Numbered from the stretch's first letter, positions 1 through 9,383 are shown. The stretch is DNA of 64,000 nucleotides from Candidatus Multivoradales bacterium (GCA_965248055.1 CBDFIJ010000004.1:2624001-2688000); one strand, 5' to 3'. Notes: a model not told the origin generated them from the sequence alone. A program made the numbers and translations.

Positions 1-204
1 GGCCGTGTTGGGCTAGCCAGTGACCACTGACCAGCGCTTCCAGTGAAAGCGTTTCTTCTTGGCCAGTTTTTCCAGTTTGCGGCGCAGGTCAGTGATCTCT
101 TGCTGGTAGTCGCGGTCGCGCGCATTAACCCCACCAGCTAGTTCGTAGGACTGCCGTATGAAGCACACGGGCAGGGGCAACCAACCCTCGGCTCACCGCC
201 TACT

Positions 205-1023
205 TCATTTCGACGATGACTCAGTCGTTTTCGTCTCCCGATCGCTCGACAAAAATTCGAATCCTGCTGGGTAGGTTTGCATCACCGCTTGAATCGAAAC
301 CATGCAGGATTTTGTATAGAAGTCGGTGAAGGTGGAGCGAGCGTAGACCAGTTCTTCGTAGAAGTCGGAGAACGAGGATCTGCCAGAAAGCATCATCTGC
401 ACGAATTCTCCCTTTTCTGTAAGGGGCAGGACACCTTCGAAGGCTCCTAACGTACGTTCGGTCAAGTGGAGCAACATTTTCAGGTCTTCCCGTTGTGCTT
501 CCAGAACCGATTCAACACTGTCAAAACGACTCGCGGCCATAGGGTCCGTATCGGGATCTAATACTTGCTTCCCAAGGTCGGAGTAGCGTGCACCGTCGCG
601 TTGTGAAATTCGCTGGAACGGTTGCGCTTCTTGGTAGAGTTTCCGAGTCGTCTCGTCAAAGACCTTGAGAGTCGGCTCGCTTTTGAGCGTTTTCAGCAAC
701 TCGTCGTAGAGGTTTAAGGCACGCTTCATGGCAGGCACGGATTCACTCAGATGGGAGAATGCGAGTCGAAACGAACCAGCGTCGGCGCCACCGTGGAACT
801 CAGCTATGTTGCCACGTTCCATAAATCGGTTGCCTTCGACCTGACGACCCACAATGTCATCGAACAATGTGTCGGTCAGCAGGAAGCTTTTCTCTAACCA
901 GTCGATCGTGACCAAACTGTCACGATATGGAACATGTCAGGCGGGGGCGTGAGCTACCGCCGGAACGCTCAAGAGAGTCGTTCCAACCAGGCATACGATT
1001 GCGATTCTCCTAATTTGGCGCAT
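205..1023 (-). CDS. Secreted protein with in-frame TGA at codon 29; candidate selenoprotein (272 aa)
   Basis: The ORF-track 236-aa ORF (TTG at 915) extends in frame through a single TGA (937-939) to ATG 1023/1026. That ATG overlaps the upstream gene's stop and has SD AAGGAG 7 nt upstream. The extension reads MRQIRRIAIVCLVGTTLLSVPAVA-HAPA-U-HVPYRDSL, i.e. a classical signal peptide followed by the TGA. A SECIS-like hairpin follows. Confidence 0.75.
905..939 (-). promoter_or_regulatory. UGA plus bacterial SECIS-like stem-loop
   Basis: mRNA reads UGA-CAUGUUCCAU-AUCGUGAC-[AGUUUG]-GUCACGAU: a perfect 8-bp stem (926-919 / 912-905) and a 6-nt loop with G at position 2 followed by U, starting 18 nt after the UGA. 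This fits the general bacterial SECIS model. Confidence 0.7.
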
Positions 1024-2528
1024 CATCGAACTCCTTTGCCGCCAGCCCCATTTTCTCGACTATCCAGGGCGGAGGTTGATTCAACTACAAGTGACGCCAA
1101 AAATTGTAACACAGCGCCCTGGTCGGCGATAGAGAGCGCGTCAAACGCGTTGCGTGCGGCACGAGCCTCGCCGGAGTGGTGCAGAATCGCCTCGCGCAGA
1201 GTGGTCAGGTTGCCACGATGCCCGTATGGACTGCTGCTACCCACGTGCCACAGAGGAGTTGTGAGGAACATATCGGTCGCGACGTTGTCCTGCCGCAGCC
1301 TTTCGTTGCAAAAGAACGGATCCTGGTCGTCGCAGATCCGGTGGCGCTTAAGGTCGGTGAAAGCTCGAACTACGGCGCCGTCTTCACCCAGCGGTTCTAG
1401 GCGATTGCCGAACCCCTCATAGCGTAGGTCAAAGTCGAATGTTGAGGCGACATGTTCAGGACGAAGATTCCCGGGTCGGTTGTGGGGATTGGGCTCACTA
1501 AAGATGGCCGATTCAAGGTGGAGTTCCGGGATATGGCATTTCGCGCAACCAGTTCTTGAAAACGTATGCTCACCAGCAGCCAGCGCAGCGGACTCTGCTT
1601 CGGTTGCAGGCTTTCGAGTGGGAATGGACAAAGCGGCCTGAAATAGAGTGATCGCTGTGATGTCTCCGATCGTCAACTCTTCGGAGACACCGTCTTCGTC
1701 AAAGTCCTGCTGACCGGTGCGCGGCCAGCCGAAGCGCTCGATGGCTTGCATTCCATGGTGGTGGTTCATGGCGTTGATGGTGAATTCTCGTAGGGAAATG
1801 ACCACCCCCTTGAAACTGAATGGTTTGATGACGAGATCGGGATCAATACCTTCAATATGCCGAGCGTCAACGGTACCGTCGGGACGACCAATTAAGCGAC
1901 CGAAAGAGACACCCTTTGCTGTCAGTGGTACCTCTATGTCATGACCGGCGCCAGCGGCCGCCTTCAGTACCTGCTTCTTGACCGCCAGGAGGTCGCGGGT
2001 CATTTCCCTCGCCAGCAACTCGATGGCCCCGGATCCCATTAAACCCGGCGTGTTTCGTTCATTGGATTCTTGGCTGGACACGGACGTTGTTACCGGGTCG
2101 CGAAACTGCGCTAGGACGAATGCGTTGGCAACGGAATCACCACTGCCACCCGGGGACGGCTGGTTGTGACAGCCAGCGCAAGAATTGCTGTCCGGACCGG
2201 ATGTTCTGATCACGGCCGGTGCTCCCGGGTTACGTTTGGTGGGCTTGCTATCGCCGGTGGCCATAGGCCTACCAAAGCCATCTGCGACCGTAAACCGGGC
2301 GACGAACACGTTGTGCCCATGATGCACTAGGTCGGACAACGAGAACGCGCCGCGATCAATATCCTCCTGCTCGATGTGATTGTGGAGGCCGCGTTCCACG
2401 TATTGTTCGACTTCTGCTTTTGCGGCAGGAAATGTCGAGATAGCTATCACCATTGCTGCTCCGACAATTCGTAGCAACAGTAACCAACTGTTCTCTTGAG
2501 CCGATAACGGCGTTCGCGTTCCTAACAT
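1023..2528 (-). CDS. Di-heme oxidoreductase (DHOR family; bCcP/MauG superfamily), exported
   Basis: Signal peptide, two CxxCH motifs (CAGCH, CAKCH), RNTPGLMG, FTDLKRH and TPLWHVGSSSPYGHRG-like motifs typical of DHOR proteins. Confidence 0.85.
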   Translation of the reverse strand: MLGTRTPLSAQENSWLLLLRIVGAAMVIAISTFPAAKAEVEQYVERGLHNHIEQEDIDRGAFSLSDLVHHGHNVFVARFTVADGFGRPMATGDSKPTKRNPGAPAVIRTSGPDSNSCAGCHNQPSPGGSGDSVANAFVLAQFRDPVTTSVSSQESNERNTPGLMGSGAIELLAREMTRDLLAVKKQVLKAAAGAGHDIEVPLTAKGVSFGRLIGRPDGTVDARHIEGIDPDLVIKPFSFKGVVISLREFTINAMNHHHGMQAIERFGWPRTGQQDFDEDGVSEELTIGDITAITLFQAALSIPTRKPATEAESAALAAGEHTFSRTGCAKCHIPELHLESAIFSEPNPHNRPGNLRPEHVASTFDFDLRYEGFGNRLEPLGEDGAVVRAFTDLKRHRICDDQDPFFCNERLRQDNVATDMFLTTPLWHVGSSSPYGHRGNLTTLREAILHHSGEARAARNAFDALSIADQGAVLQFLASLVVESTSALDSRENGAGGKGVR

Positions 2529-2640
2529 CAGATCAGAAACAAGTTTGTCATACTGAGGTTCCTCAGCATCGAGACGGATAAACGACCCTACTTGGCAGGG
2601 TGGAGTTTGTGCTGACTGTAAGCCTTAGGTCGTGGGAGAG

Positions 2641-4503
2641 CTACGTGCTCGGGGCTGGCGAGGACCGGGCCACCGGGTAGAGCAGATACTCGCTGTCGTA
2701 GTAGGGCGTCTGGCGATAGAACCACATCAGACGTGCCGCGGGGTCGGCGGCGAAGTCGGGGTCTGCGGTGAGCTTGGCCTCGAAGGCTTGGCGTAGGTCG
2801 TCGTCGGTCCTGAGCATCTCAGTGGCAGTGGCTTCCAGCACGTCATCGTCGTAGTACTCGGTACGGGTGAGGATCTCCAAGAAAAACCCCCATTGAAAGA
2901 AGGAATCTGGAGCCTGGGGTTCTAGGAGCAAGATCGCTAGGTCGCCCAGCGGCTGGTCGGTAGCGACCTTGAATGAACCTGGGCCGAAGGTCCGGGTGTG
3001 AACCTCGACCTCAGGTGTTCCCGGGTCGACCCGAGCGTGTCCCTCAAAGGGATTGCTGGCTCCCACCACTGATGGACTGTCGGCGTCGGCGAGTCGTGCT
3101 TGGGGGAGTCGAAGCATCGCAACTCCGACGGTGGTTGGTTGCTCGATCGCTTCTACTTCAATCCCATGGTGCTGCAGTCGCCTGGCGATGTCCGCCCAAG
3201 CGGCGGGGATGTAATAAGCGTCAGGTCGCGTGACAGACAACGCCGGTTGATCCATGTTGATCCGTTGGACACGCTGGGTTTCCGGTTCCCCCAACCAATC
3301 GATAATTTCGCCTCCGGTGATTGCAGACAATCGAACCTGAGACTTGATGGCGGCGAACTCCAACTCTTCGCCAGAGCCTGTGCCGGAGGTGAACGCCAAC
3401 GGCACGGTGTCGTTCCTAATGGCTCGATCCTCGGTGGTGGCCTGCTGCAGGCCAGTTGCCTCGGCGGCCAACACGCGCAGTACACCGCGCAGAAACACAT
3501 AAGTGCCGAGGACTCTTTGATCGTAGGGTTTGAGCGAGTGGTTCTCGACCAGGATCGTCGCCAAATGGCGAGCGTCTCCGTAGCCATTGGAAAACCGTAG
3601 ACCAGCAGTCCAACCCCAGAATCCGTCGTTGAGATCTTTTTGGTTGACCGAGAGCACCAGCGGTCCGGGAATGTGCCCTGCATGATCGAGTTCACTGTCG
3701 AGAAACGGGCGCAGCTTGCCGTTCAACCAAGAACGAATCCCGGGTGACCAACCGCCGACGTTCCAGCCGTAGGTAATGTCGTACTGATAGTCCTCGCCGT
3801 TGGTGACGTGAACGTCGATGTAAAGGTCGGGCTGATAGTCATTGATCGCTTGCACCATGGCGCGAATCTCGGGCGTATCGAGTTTGGCGTAGTCGCGGTT
3901 GAGATTGAGGTTGCGACGGTTGCTGCGCCATCCCATCTCCTCCGGTCCGCGTTGATTGAAACGATTGGTGGCGGAAAATCGCTCGTGTCCGTCGACCGAG
4001 AGGATCGGAATAAACAGAAAATTGACTTGGTCCAGCAGCCGCTCGGTGTCCTTACCACCCACGGTCAGGTCGCGCAGCAGCATCAGGCCGGCGTCTTTAC
4101 CGTCGATCTCTCCAGCGTGAATACCAGCTTGTACCAGCACCGTGGGGCGGCCGTTGGCCCGGACAGCCTCAGGAGTGGAAGCGCCACCGGCTGCGATCAG
4201 CATCCAGATGTCGCGTTGCTGGTCGCTCTTGCCTAGCGAGACCATCGACAGATTGGGCGCGGCGTCGGTTAAGCGCTGGGCGAACGCTACGGTTTCGGCA
4301 TAGTGCGGCGTGGTGGTGAGACCAGAGGCTTCGGCCGGGGTGATCCAGGGATCCGTGTCTGTGACGATCAGGCTTCGAGTTTCGCCTGACCATTCTGGGG
4401 CTGGCGGCAGGACTGAGCGGATACTGGATGACGGGTCGCCGGATGCGCTTGCTGACCCCAGGACGCCAAGAAAAACGGCTGCGAGCAGTCCCGCAGCCGT
4501 CAA
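2641..4503 (-). CDS. M14 family zinc carboxypeptidase, secreted
   Basis: IHAGEIDG zinc motif, NLNRDY and DVH motifs. Start re-placed at TTG 4503 before a signal peptide, because the longer ORF-track start overlaps the neighbouring gene. Confidence 0.85.
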   Translation of the reverse strand: MTAAGLLAAVFLGVLGSASASGDPSSSIRSVLPPAPEWSGETRSLIVTDTDPWITPAEASGLTTTPHYAETVAFAQRLTDAAPNLSMVSLGKSDQQRDIWMLIAAGGASTPEAVRANGRPTVLVQAGIHAGEIDGKDAGLMLLRDLTVGGKDTERLLDQVNFLFIPILSVDGHERFSATNRFNQRGPEEMGWRSNRRNLNLNRDYAKLDTPEIRAMVQAINDYQPDLYIDVHVTNGEDYQYDITYGWNVGGWSPGIRSWLNGKLRPFLDSELDHAGHIPGPLVLSVNQKDLNDGFWGWTAGLRFSNGYGDARHLATILVENHSLKPYDQRVLGTYVFLRGVLRVLAAEATGLQQATTEDRAIRNDTVPLAFTSGTGSGEELEFAAIKSQVRLSAITGGEIIDWLGEPETQRVQRINMDQPALSVTRPDAYYIPAAWADIARRLQHHGIEVEAIEQPTTVGVAMLRLPQARLADADSPSVVGASNPFEGHARVDPGTPEVEVHTRTFGPGSFKVATDQPLGDLAILLLEPQAPDSFFQWGFFLEILTRTEYYDDDVLEATATEMLRTDDDLRQAFEAKLTADPDFAADPAARLMWFYRQTPYYDSEYLLYPVARSSPAPST

Positions 4504-4523
4504 GAATTGCGATCGGATGAAAC

Positions 4524-4727
4524 CTAGACGAAACGAGACCAGAAGAAACCTAGCACCCCGAGTCCGACCATCGCCGCGCCGACCATGGCAAAGGTCAAGA
4601 AGGCGGCGGGATGAATCCATCCTAGGGTGATCATCTGTACCAGGATGCCGACCGCGACCAAGATTGCCGAGGTGCGAACAATTTCCCTGCCTTTGGGCGA
4701 CAAAATAGCTACCGGTCGTTCGCTCAT
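4524..4727 (-). CDS. Small 2-TM membrane protein coupled to the NapC-type cytochrome
   Basis: ATG 4727 overlaps the NapC stop (ATGA); two hydrophobic helices; 67 aa. Confidence 0.7.
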   Translation of the reverse strand: MSERPVAILSPKGREIVRTSAILVAVGILVQMITLGWIHPAAFLTFAMVGAAMVGLGVLGFFWSRFV

Positions 4728-5338
4728 TGGGCACTCTCCAACGATCCTGCGGTCCAAAGGTCAAAGTCTTCGATCTCATCCACATCATGGATCAGATCAT
4801 GACAGTCCAGGCAACTTGTTTCACCTGACGCCAGCGCATCCGCTTCGCCGATGTGGTCTTCGCCTTCCTCAAACGATCGCGCCCCCTGATGGCAGTACAA
4901 GCATTCGCGATTGCTGTAGGGGTCGTAGAGTTCGATTTTTTCCGGTGGGGTCCCGAGGTAGTGCATCCAAACGTGCATGAGCCCCTTCATCTTGGCTTGC
5001 AGGTCACCGTACATCGCGTAGGAGGTGTGGCAGGTGTAGCAGGCATGGTCCTGGTCGACCAAGTGATTTTGGTAGTGGACAGCGGGCAGGTAGTCGCTGT
5101 CGTCGATCAGCAGGCTCTTTCCGTAGTCGCCCATCTCATGGCACGACAGACAGAAGTGGGTCGATTTGGACTGCTCCAAGTGGGCTCCGGTGTTGAGGGC
5201 GGTGACCACGATGGGCAGCGCGAACAAGGCGAAAAACCCCAGGATGGCGCCGCGTCGACCTACCGAGAAATTGGGCTTAATCGCCAGGCCCAGTGCGGCG
5301 AGACCGGCGACAGCTCCGAGGAGAAGCAGAAGCTTCAT
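4724..5338 (-). CDS. NapC/NirT (CymA-like) membrane-anchored tetraheme cytochrome c
   Basis: N-terminal TM helices; four CxxCH motifs (CLSCHEM, CYTCH, CLYCH, CLDCH). Confidence 0.88.
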   Translation of the reverse strand: MKLLLLLGAVAGLAALGLAIKPNFSVGRRGAILGFFALFALPIVVTALNTGAHLEQSKSTHFCLSCHEMGDYGKSLLIDDSDYLPAVHYQNHLVDQDHACYTCHTSYAMYGDLQAKMKGLMHVWMHYLGTPPEKIELYDPYSNRECLYCHQGARSFEEGEDHIGEADALASGETSCLDCHDLIHDVDEIEDFDLWTAGSLESAQ

Positions 5339-5346
5339 CGAGCGAC

Positions 5347-5730
5347 CTAGCTTCCGTCCTCTGGGGCGGCTTCGAGCGAGCCGACCCAGGCCAGGATCTT
5401 GGCTAGATCCTCCTCGCTACCCTCCCAGGTTTTCTTGTGTTCGGTGCCATCTTCCTTGACCTCTTCCTTGCGTAGAAACTTGGTCAAGGTGGTCACATCG
5501 TCAGTGGTAAAGCCACCGAGATCGGTACTCTTCATTTTCTCCGAGGTTGCTTCCAAGTCGGCGCTGGCGACGCTGTGGCAGCGCACGCATTTGTAGGTTT
5601 CAACGAATAGTTCCTGCGCGGCTTCGGCGTCCACTTCGCCCGCGGTGATCGCTGGGGCGATTGCCATGAGCAGCGCGGCAATAGCTCCCGCAAGGGCCAA
5701 GGTCAGGTGAATACACTGGGTTGGTTTCAT
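5347..5730 (-). CDS. Periplasmic monoheme cytochrome c
   Basis: GGAG SD before ATG 5730; signal peptide; single CVRCH; candidate distal His in EHKK. Confidence 0.85.
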   Translation of the reverse strand: MKPTQCIHLTLALAGAIAALLMAIAPAITAGEVDAEAAQELFVETYKCVRCHSVASADLEATSEKMKSTDLGGFTTDDVTTLTKFLRKEEVKEDGTEHKKTWEGSEEDLAKILAWVGSLEAAPEDGS

Positions 5731-6022
5731 CGTGTGCTCCTGGTCCATTACCGCGACGTGGCAGGAATCTCTCCGTGGCACCAGTGTTTTATTTCTGCCA
5801 ACAACATGAGTTTACCCGATATAGGTTGTTGTTGTTGCTGGATGATCGGTGGCTTAAGCCGCGAAGAGGAGCCGTGGCGGATGGAAAAGGGCTAGTTGGG
5901 TGCTTAATTAGGCGAATCACATGATAGAGTCGGCTTTAGGTTGGGCTGAATGCCAACGGAGTGAAAACTCCGCCGGTGATGTATCCACAACCCCTGTTTT
6001 GTTGAGAAATGGGAGGTTCAAC

Positions 6023-6949
6023 ATGCGCTGGAAAATCTTGCTGGTTGCCGCAGTCGTCACGGTCGTAACACCGTGGGTCGCGAGGTCTGCCGAAACCGAG
6101 AATCCGGATCCGCAGACTGCGATGGAAGTCTGCGGAGATTGTCACGAAGAGTATGTCCAGGCGGCCCACTTGGGTCCTCATTCGATCTTTGAGGGATCAA
6201 AATGGAGTCTGTCTGAGGCCGGTGTTGAAGCGAACGTAGGCTGCGAAGCTTGCCATGGAGACGCAACCCAGCATTTGGAAGACGAGGGCGGTGAGGGGAC
6301 CATGTTCACTTTTGCCGATGCTCTCCCCACCGAGGCAGCGTGCTTAACCTGTCACCGGGGTAGCCACCCGCGTTTTGTTGGTTCACCGCATTCGCAGGCA
6401 GGAATGTCGTGCACCAGTTGTCACTCAATTCACAGCGCCAACCCGGCGGGACCTCCTTTGCTGCAGGCAGTGGAAGTGGCAGCGCAGTTAGCCAATGTGG
6501 GCGGCAGTTCCGCCACCTGCTACGGATGCCATCAGGAAGCATTTGTCGAGTTTGAATTCAATGAGCGGCATCGTCTGCACGAAGGGACGTTGGAGTGCAC
6601 GTCGTGTCACAACCCCCACGCTCCAGCACCCCGGGCGATGTTGACCAGTACCGCCAAAGAACCTTGTGTTAGTTGCCATGCCGACAAAGAAGGCCCGTTC
6701 ATTTTTGAGCACGGTTCGGTGGTAGTGGAGGGCTGTACCGCCTGCCATTCACCACACGGGTCGCCCAATCGCCACATGCTGGCGAGTCAAGATGGTGGCG
6801 AGCTTTGTTTCAGTTGTCACGCTGCGGTGCCGCAGTTTCACGCTGGTTTCAATCCAGCGGCTCCGCCTAGATTTGATACCACGACCAACTGCGTCAACTG
6901 TCATTCCGCAATTCACGGATCGAACTTCGATCCTTATTTCTTGCAGTAG
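6023..6949 (+). CDS. Decaheme c-type cytochrome, MtrA/DmsE/MtoA family
   Basis: GGAGG SD; signal peptide; ten CxxCH motifs counted; GPFIFEH motif and C-terminal CVNCHSAIHGSN typical of the family. Confidence 0.92.
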   Translation: MRWKILLVAAVVTVVTPWVARSAETENPDPQTAMEVCGDCHEEYVQAAHLGPHSIFEGSKWSLSEAGVEANVGCEACHGDATQHLEDEGGEGTMFTFADALPTEAACLTCHRGSHPRFVGSPHSQAGMSCTSCHSIHSANPAGPPLLQAVEVAAQLANVGGSSATCYGCHQEAFVEFEFNERHRLHEGTLECTSCHNPHAPAPRAMLTSTAKEPCVSCHADKEGPFIFEHGSVVVEGCTACHSPHGSPNRHMLASQDGGELCFSCHAAVPQFHAGFNPAAPPRFDTTTNCVNCHSAIHGSNFDPYFLQ

Positions 6950-6958
6950 GAGGGCACA

Positions 6959-8851
6959 ATGAAGCTATTGCAAGCAAGAAACTACGTTGGAATCGCTACC
7001 GTCCTGCTGCTAGCAGGAACATTGGTAGCTGATGAACCGAACTTAACTTCGTTCACCGGTGGGTTCTCCATTGGGGTGCGCAGTGTCGATATCAACGGCG
7101 CTGATAACAAGTACAAAGAGGACTTCAATCTGGATGATGGTCCACGGCTTTTCGACTTTCACTTCAATCTGGTGCCTTCTGGCGCTGATCGCAAGTACGC
7201 CGATCAGATTCGCCTAGAGGTGCAGAACCTGGGTGGGGATCCATTTGAAAACATTCATTTTGGGATTCGCAAATACGGCAAATACAACCTGTATTATAAC
7301 CGGACCAAGTCGGACTATTTCTACTCGGACACGTTATTGCCGCATGCTTTTTCAAGCCTGACTAATTCAAACGGCGGTGATTTCCACACCTTCGATTTCG
7401 AGCGGGTTCGTGACCACGCCAAGTTGAATATCGACCTCAGCCAAGAGGCACGGTTGACCTTTGGCATGGACCGTACGGTCAAGCGCGGTGAGTCCACCAC
7501 CACACTGGATATTTCCCGCGACGAGTTTGAATTGGACCGCCCGATTCACGAGTCGACCAACGCCTACTTTGGTTCTTTTCGTTACGCCTGGGACAAGGCC
7601 ACCTTGGTGGTTGAGGAGCGGGTACGCGACTACGAGAACTCTTACGACATCTTCCTTCCCGGAAAGTCGCTGGGAGAAAACCCAGAGGGCGCGACGGTCG
7701 ATTTCTTTTTCCTCGATCAGCCTTACGACTTATCCAGCAATACCCACATTGTGCGCTTAATGGCGCGTCCCAATGACAAATTTGAGGTTCGCGTCAGTGG
7801 TCTCTTGCAGAACACGGAGATGAATGCTTCTCCTGCCAGCCAAAGCTCTCAAGGGATTGCCTACAACGAAATACCATTTACCGAGCAGATCGACGGTGGT
7901 GGTTCGGTAGATCGTGACGCCGATCGTTTTGACGTCGAGGTGACCTACGCCGCCAGCGACCGAGTCGCGGTGGTGGCCGGCGTACGCCAGCAGACGGTCG
8001 ACCAAAACGGTGGATTCGATTGGGCTGGTGACATCAACCGTGGTGAATGGCACATCGACACTACCGGACTTCGTGCCGGGGTGGAGTTCTATGTCTCGTC
8101 GCAGTGGACGCTGCACGCGGGTTTGGCAAGTGAGAGCCGTGATGTCGACTCTGCGTTCTCGATTCTGAACCCCGAGACGCTCGCTCTTGAGGAGGACCAT
8201 TCCGATCAGCACACCACCGATCGAACCGGTGTTTACGCTGGCGCAGCGTGGAGACCATCTAAGGCGTTTCAGTTGACCGTCGACCTAGAAGAGAATTCCT
8301 TCGACGATCCCTTTACCCTGGCGACTCCCACCGACCGCTCACGCTATCGGGTCCGCGGTCGCTATCGCTTCAACGATGGTTGGACCGCGACCGGTGCATT
8401 CACCGTCAAAGACTACGAGAACAGTGACTCCGGCTGGGTGTCGGATACCAACATCTCATCCCTTCGTGTCAGTCGCACCGACAAGCGACTCTCGCTCTCA
8501 GTTGGTTACTCGGCAGTGGATGCTGAACGCAGCATCGATCAAACGGTCAGAGGTGGGTTTATCACCAACGTGTTCAACATCAACTACATGGCCGACTCCA
8601 GCTTCTTTGATGGTCGAGCACGTTTCAAAGCGAATGACCGGCTGACGGTTGGCGGTGACCTGCGGATGTACGAGAACGACGGGTCTTTTGGCCTCGAGCG
8701 GGACGACTTTCGAGGCTACGTTGAAGTCAGTGTGTTCAAGGACTACAGCTTGCAGATCGGTTATCGCATCGTTGACTACAACGAGACCGACTTCGATTTC
8801 GATGACTACGACGCCGACATGATTGACGTTGGTATTGGCTATAGCTGGTAA
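6959..8851 (+). CDS. MtrB/PioB-type outer-membrane beta-barrel porin
   Basis: Directly follows the decaheme gene; signal peptide; amphipathic beta-strand pattern; C-terminal aromatic residue (GIGYSW). Confidence 0.85.
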   Translation: MKLLQARNYVGIATVLLLAGTLVADEPNLTSFTGGFSIGVRSVDINGADNKYKEDFNLDDGPRLFDFHFNLVPSGADRKYADQIRLEVQNLGGDPFENIHFGIRKYGKYNLYYNRTKSDYFYSDTLLPHAFSSLTNSNGGDFHTFDFERVRDHAKLNIDLSQEARLTFGMDRTVKRGESTTTLDISRDEFELDRPIHESTNAYFGSFRYAWDKATLVVEERVRDYENSYDIFLPGKSLGENPEGATVDFFFLDQPYDLSSNTHIVRLMARPNDKFEVRVSGLLQNTEMNASPASQSSQGIAYNEIPFTEQIDGGGSVDRDADRFDVEVTYAASDRVAVVAGVRQQTVDQNGGFDWAGDINRGEWHIDTTGLRAGVEFYVSSQWTLHAGLASESRDVDSAFSILNPETLALEEDHSDQHTTDRTGVYAGAAWRPSKAFQLTVDLEENSFDDPFTLATPTDRSRYRVRGRYRFNDGWTATGAFTVKDYENSDSGWVSDTNISSLRVSRTDKRLSLSVGYSAVDAERSIDQTVRGGFITNVFNINYMADSSFFDGRARFKANDRLTVGGDLRMYENDGSFGLERDDFRGYVEVSVFKDYSLQIGYRIVDYNETDFDFDDYDADMIDVGIGYSW

Positions 8852-8924
8852 GGGTTTTCTATCTCGGATTATCCGAGATTCACCTCGCGGGCCCGGTTGC
8901 TTCGGTGACCGGGCCTTTCTTTTG
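8482..8924 (+). repeat. Copy 1 of a ~440-bp imperfect direct repeat (mtrB 3' end plus terminator)
   Basis: Aligns by eye with 10847-11286, starting at CAAGCGACTCTCG and ending past the terminator. Confidence 0.93.
8890..8923 (+). terminator. Rho-independent terminator of the mtrAB-like operon
   Basis: GGCCCGGTTGC-TTCG-GTGACCGGGCC followed by TTTCTTTT. Confidence 0.85.
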
Positions 8925-9129
8925 TACCTGCCGTCGCAGAGGACGGTGAACGCTATTTGACCTTTGAGCGGAGGTGGTCACCTCAACCCCGCTGTGTGCC
9001 GGAGGAATGCGGCCTGCCAAGAGCTTGCCATGCGCTGGCGGGGATGCCTCTGGGACTGGCAGGTACCGGGCTGCCCCCGCCCTCCCGAGACCGCTGTATT
9101 CATTGATCGAGTCGAGACTGTCACTCACT

Positions 9130-9383
9130 GCTAATGAACGGTAGTTTCTTCGGTGGATCCGAGCCCTTCGACTTGCCAATAATCGCGTAGCAAACTTTGT
9201 ACTACGCGGTGTCCGGACGGTCGATGGGGAGGAGGTCACGAAACGGATTGGAGAGCTTGTCGCGGATCTTCTCGCGATACTCGGAGGCGGCACCGGCAAA
9301 GTAGATCGCGGACACGCGCCCTTGATTGAATAGATGGCTAAGCGAGGTCGATCGAAATTTGCGCTGACGTGTAAAAACTGTCG
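9130..9383 (-). pseudogene. Remnant of a second DUF6119/TIGR04141-like gene (C-terminal part)
   Basis: Reads RQFLHV/RKFRSTSLSHLFNQGRVSA...SEYREKIRDKL...*YKVCYAIIG...KKLPFIS, clearly homologous to the C-terminus of 11303-12966. It has a frameshift and an internal TAG (9202-9204). Confidence 0.85.

Noticed and set aside
13-180. 55-codon minus-strand ORF (..RDYQQEITDLRRKLEKLAKKKRFHWKRW..) in frame with the selenoprotein candidate beyond its stop
   Set aside because: It is separated by two TGA codons with no SECIS-like hairpin, SD or recognisable family. It may be a gene remnant, but neither read-through nor a CDS can be supported.
937-939. Genome-wide TGA reassignment (code 4/25) as the explanation for the in-frame TGA
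   Set aside because: Many conserved genes here end at TGA exactly where their families end, often in ATGA/GTGA overlaps.
4504-4788. ORF-track N-terminal extension of the M14 peptidase
   Set aside because: It overlaps the 2-TM gene and the NapC end; the signal peptide begins at about 4503.
5780-6020. FNR/CRP/Rex or sigma54 sites in the cytochrome divergent promoter
   Set aside because: Only partial half-sites with wrong spacing; not supportable.
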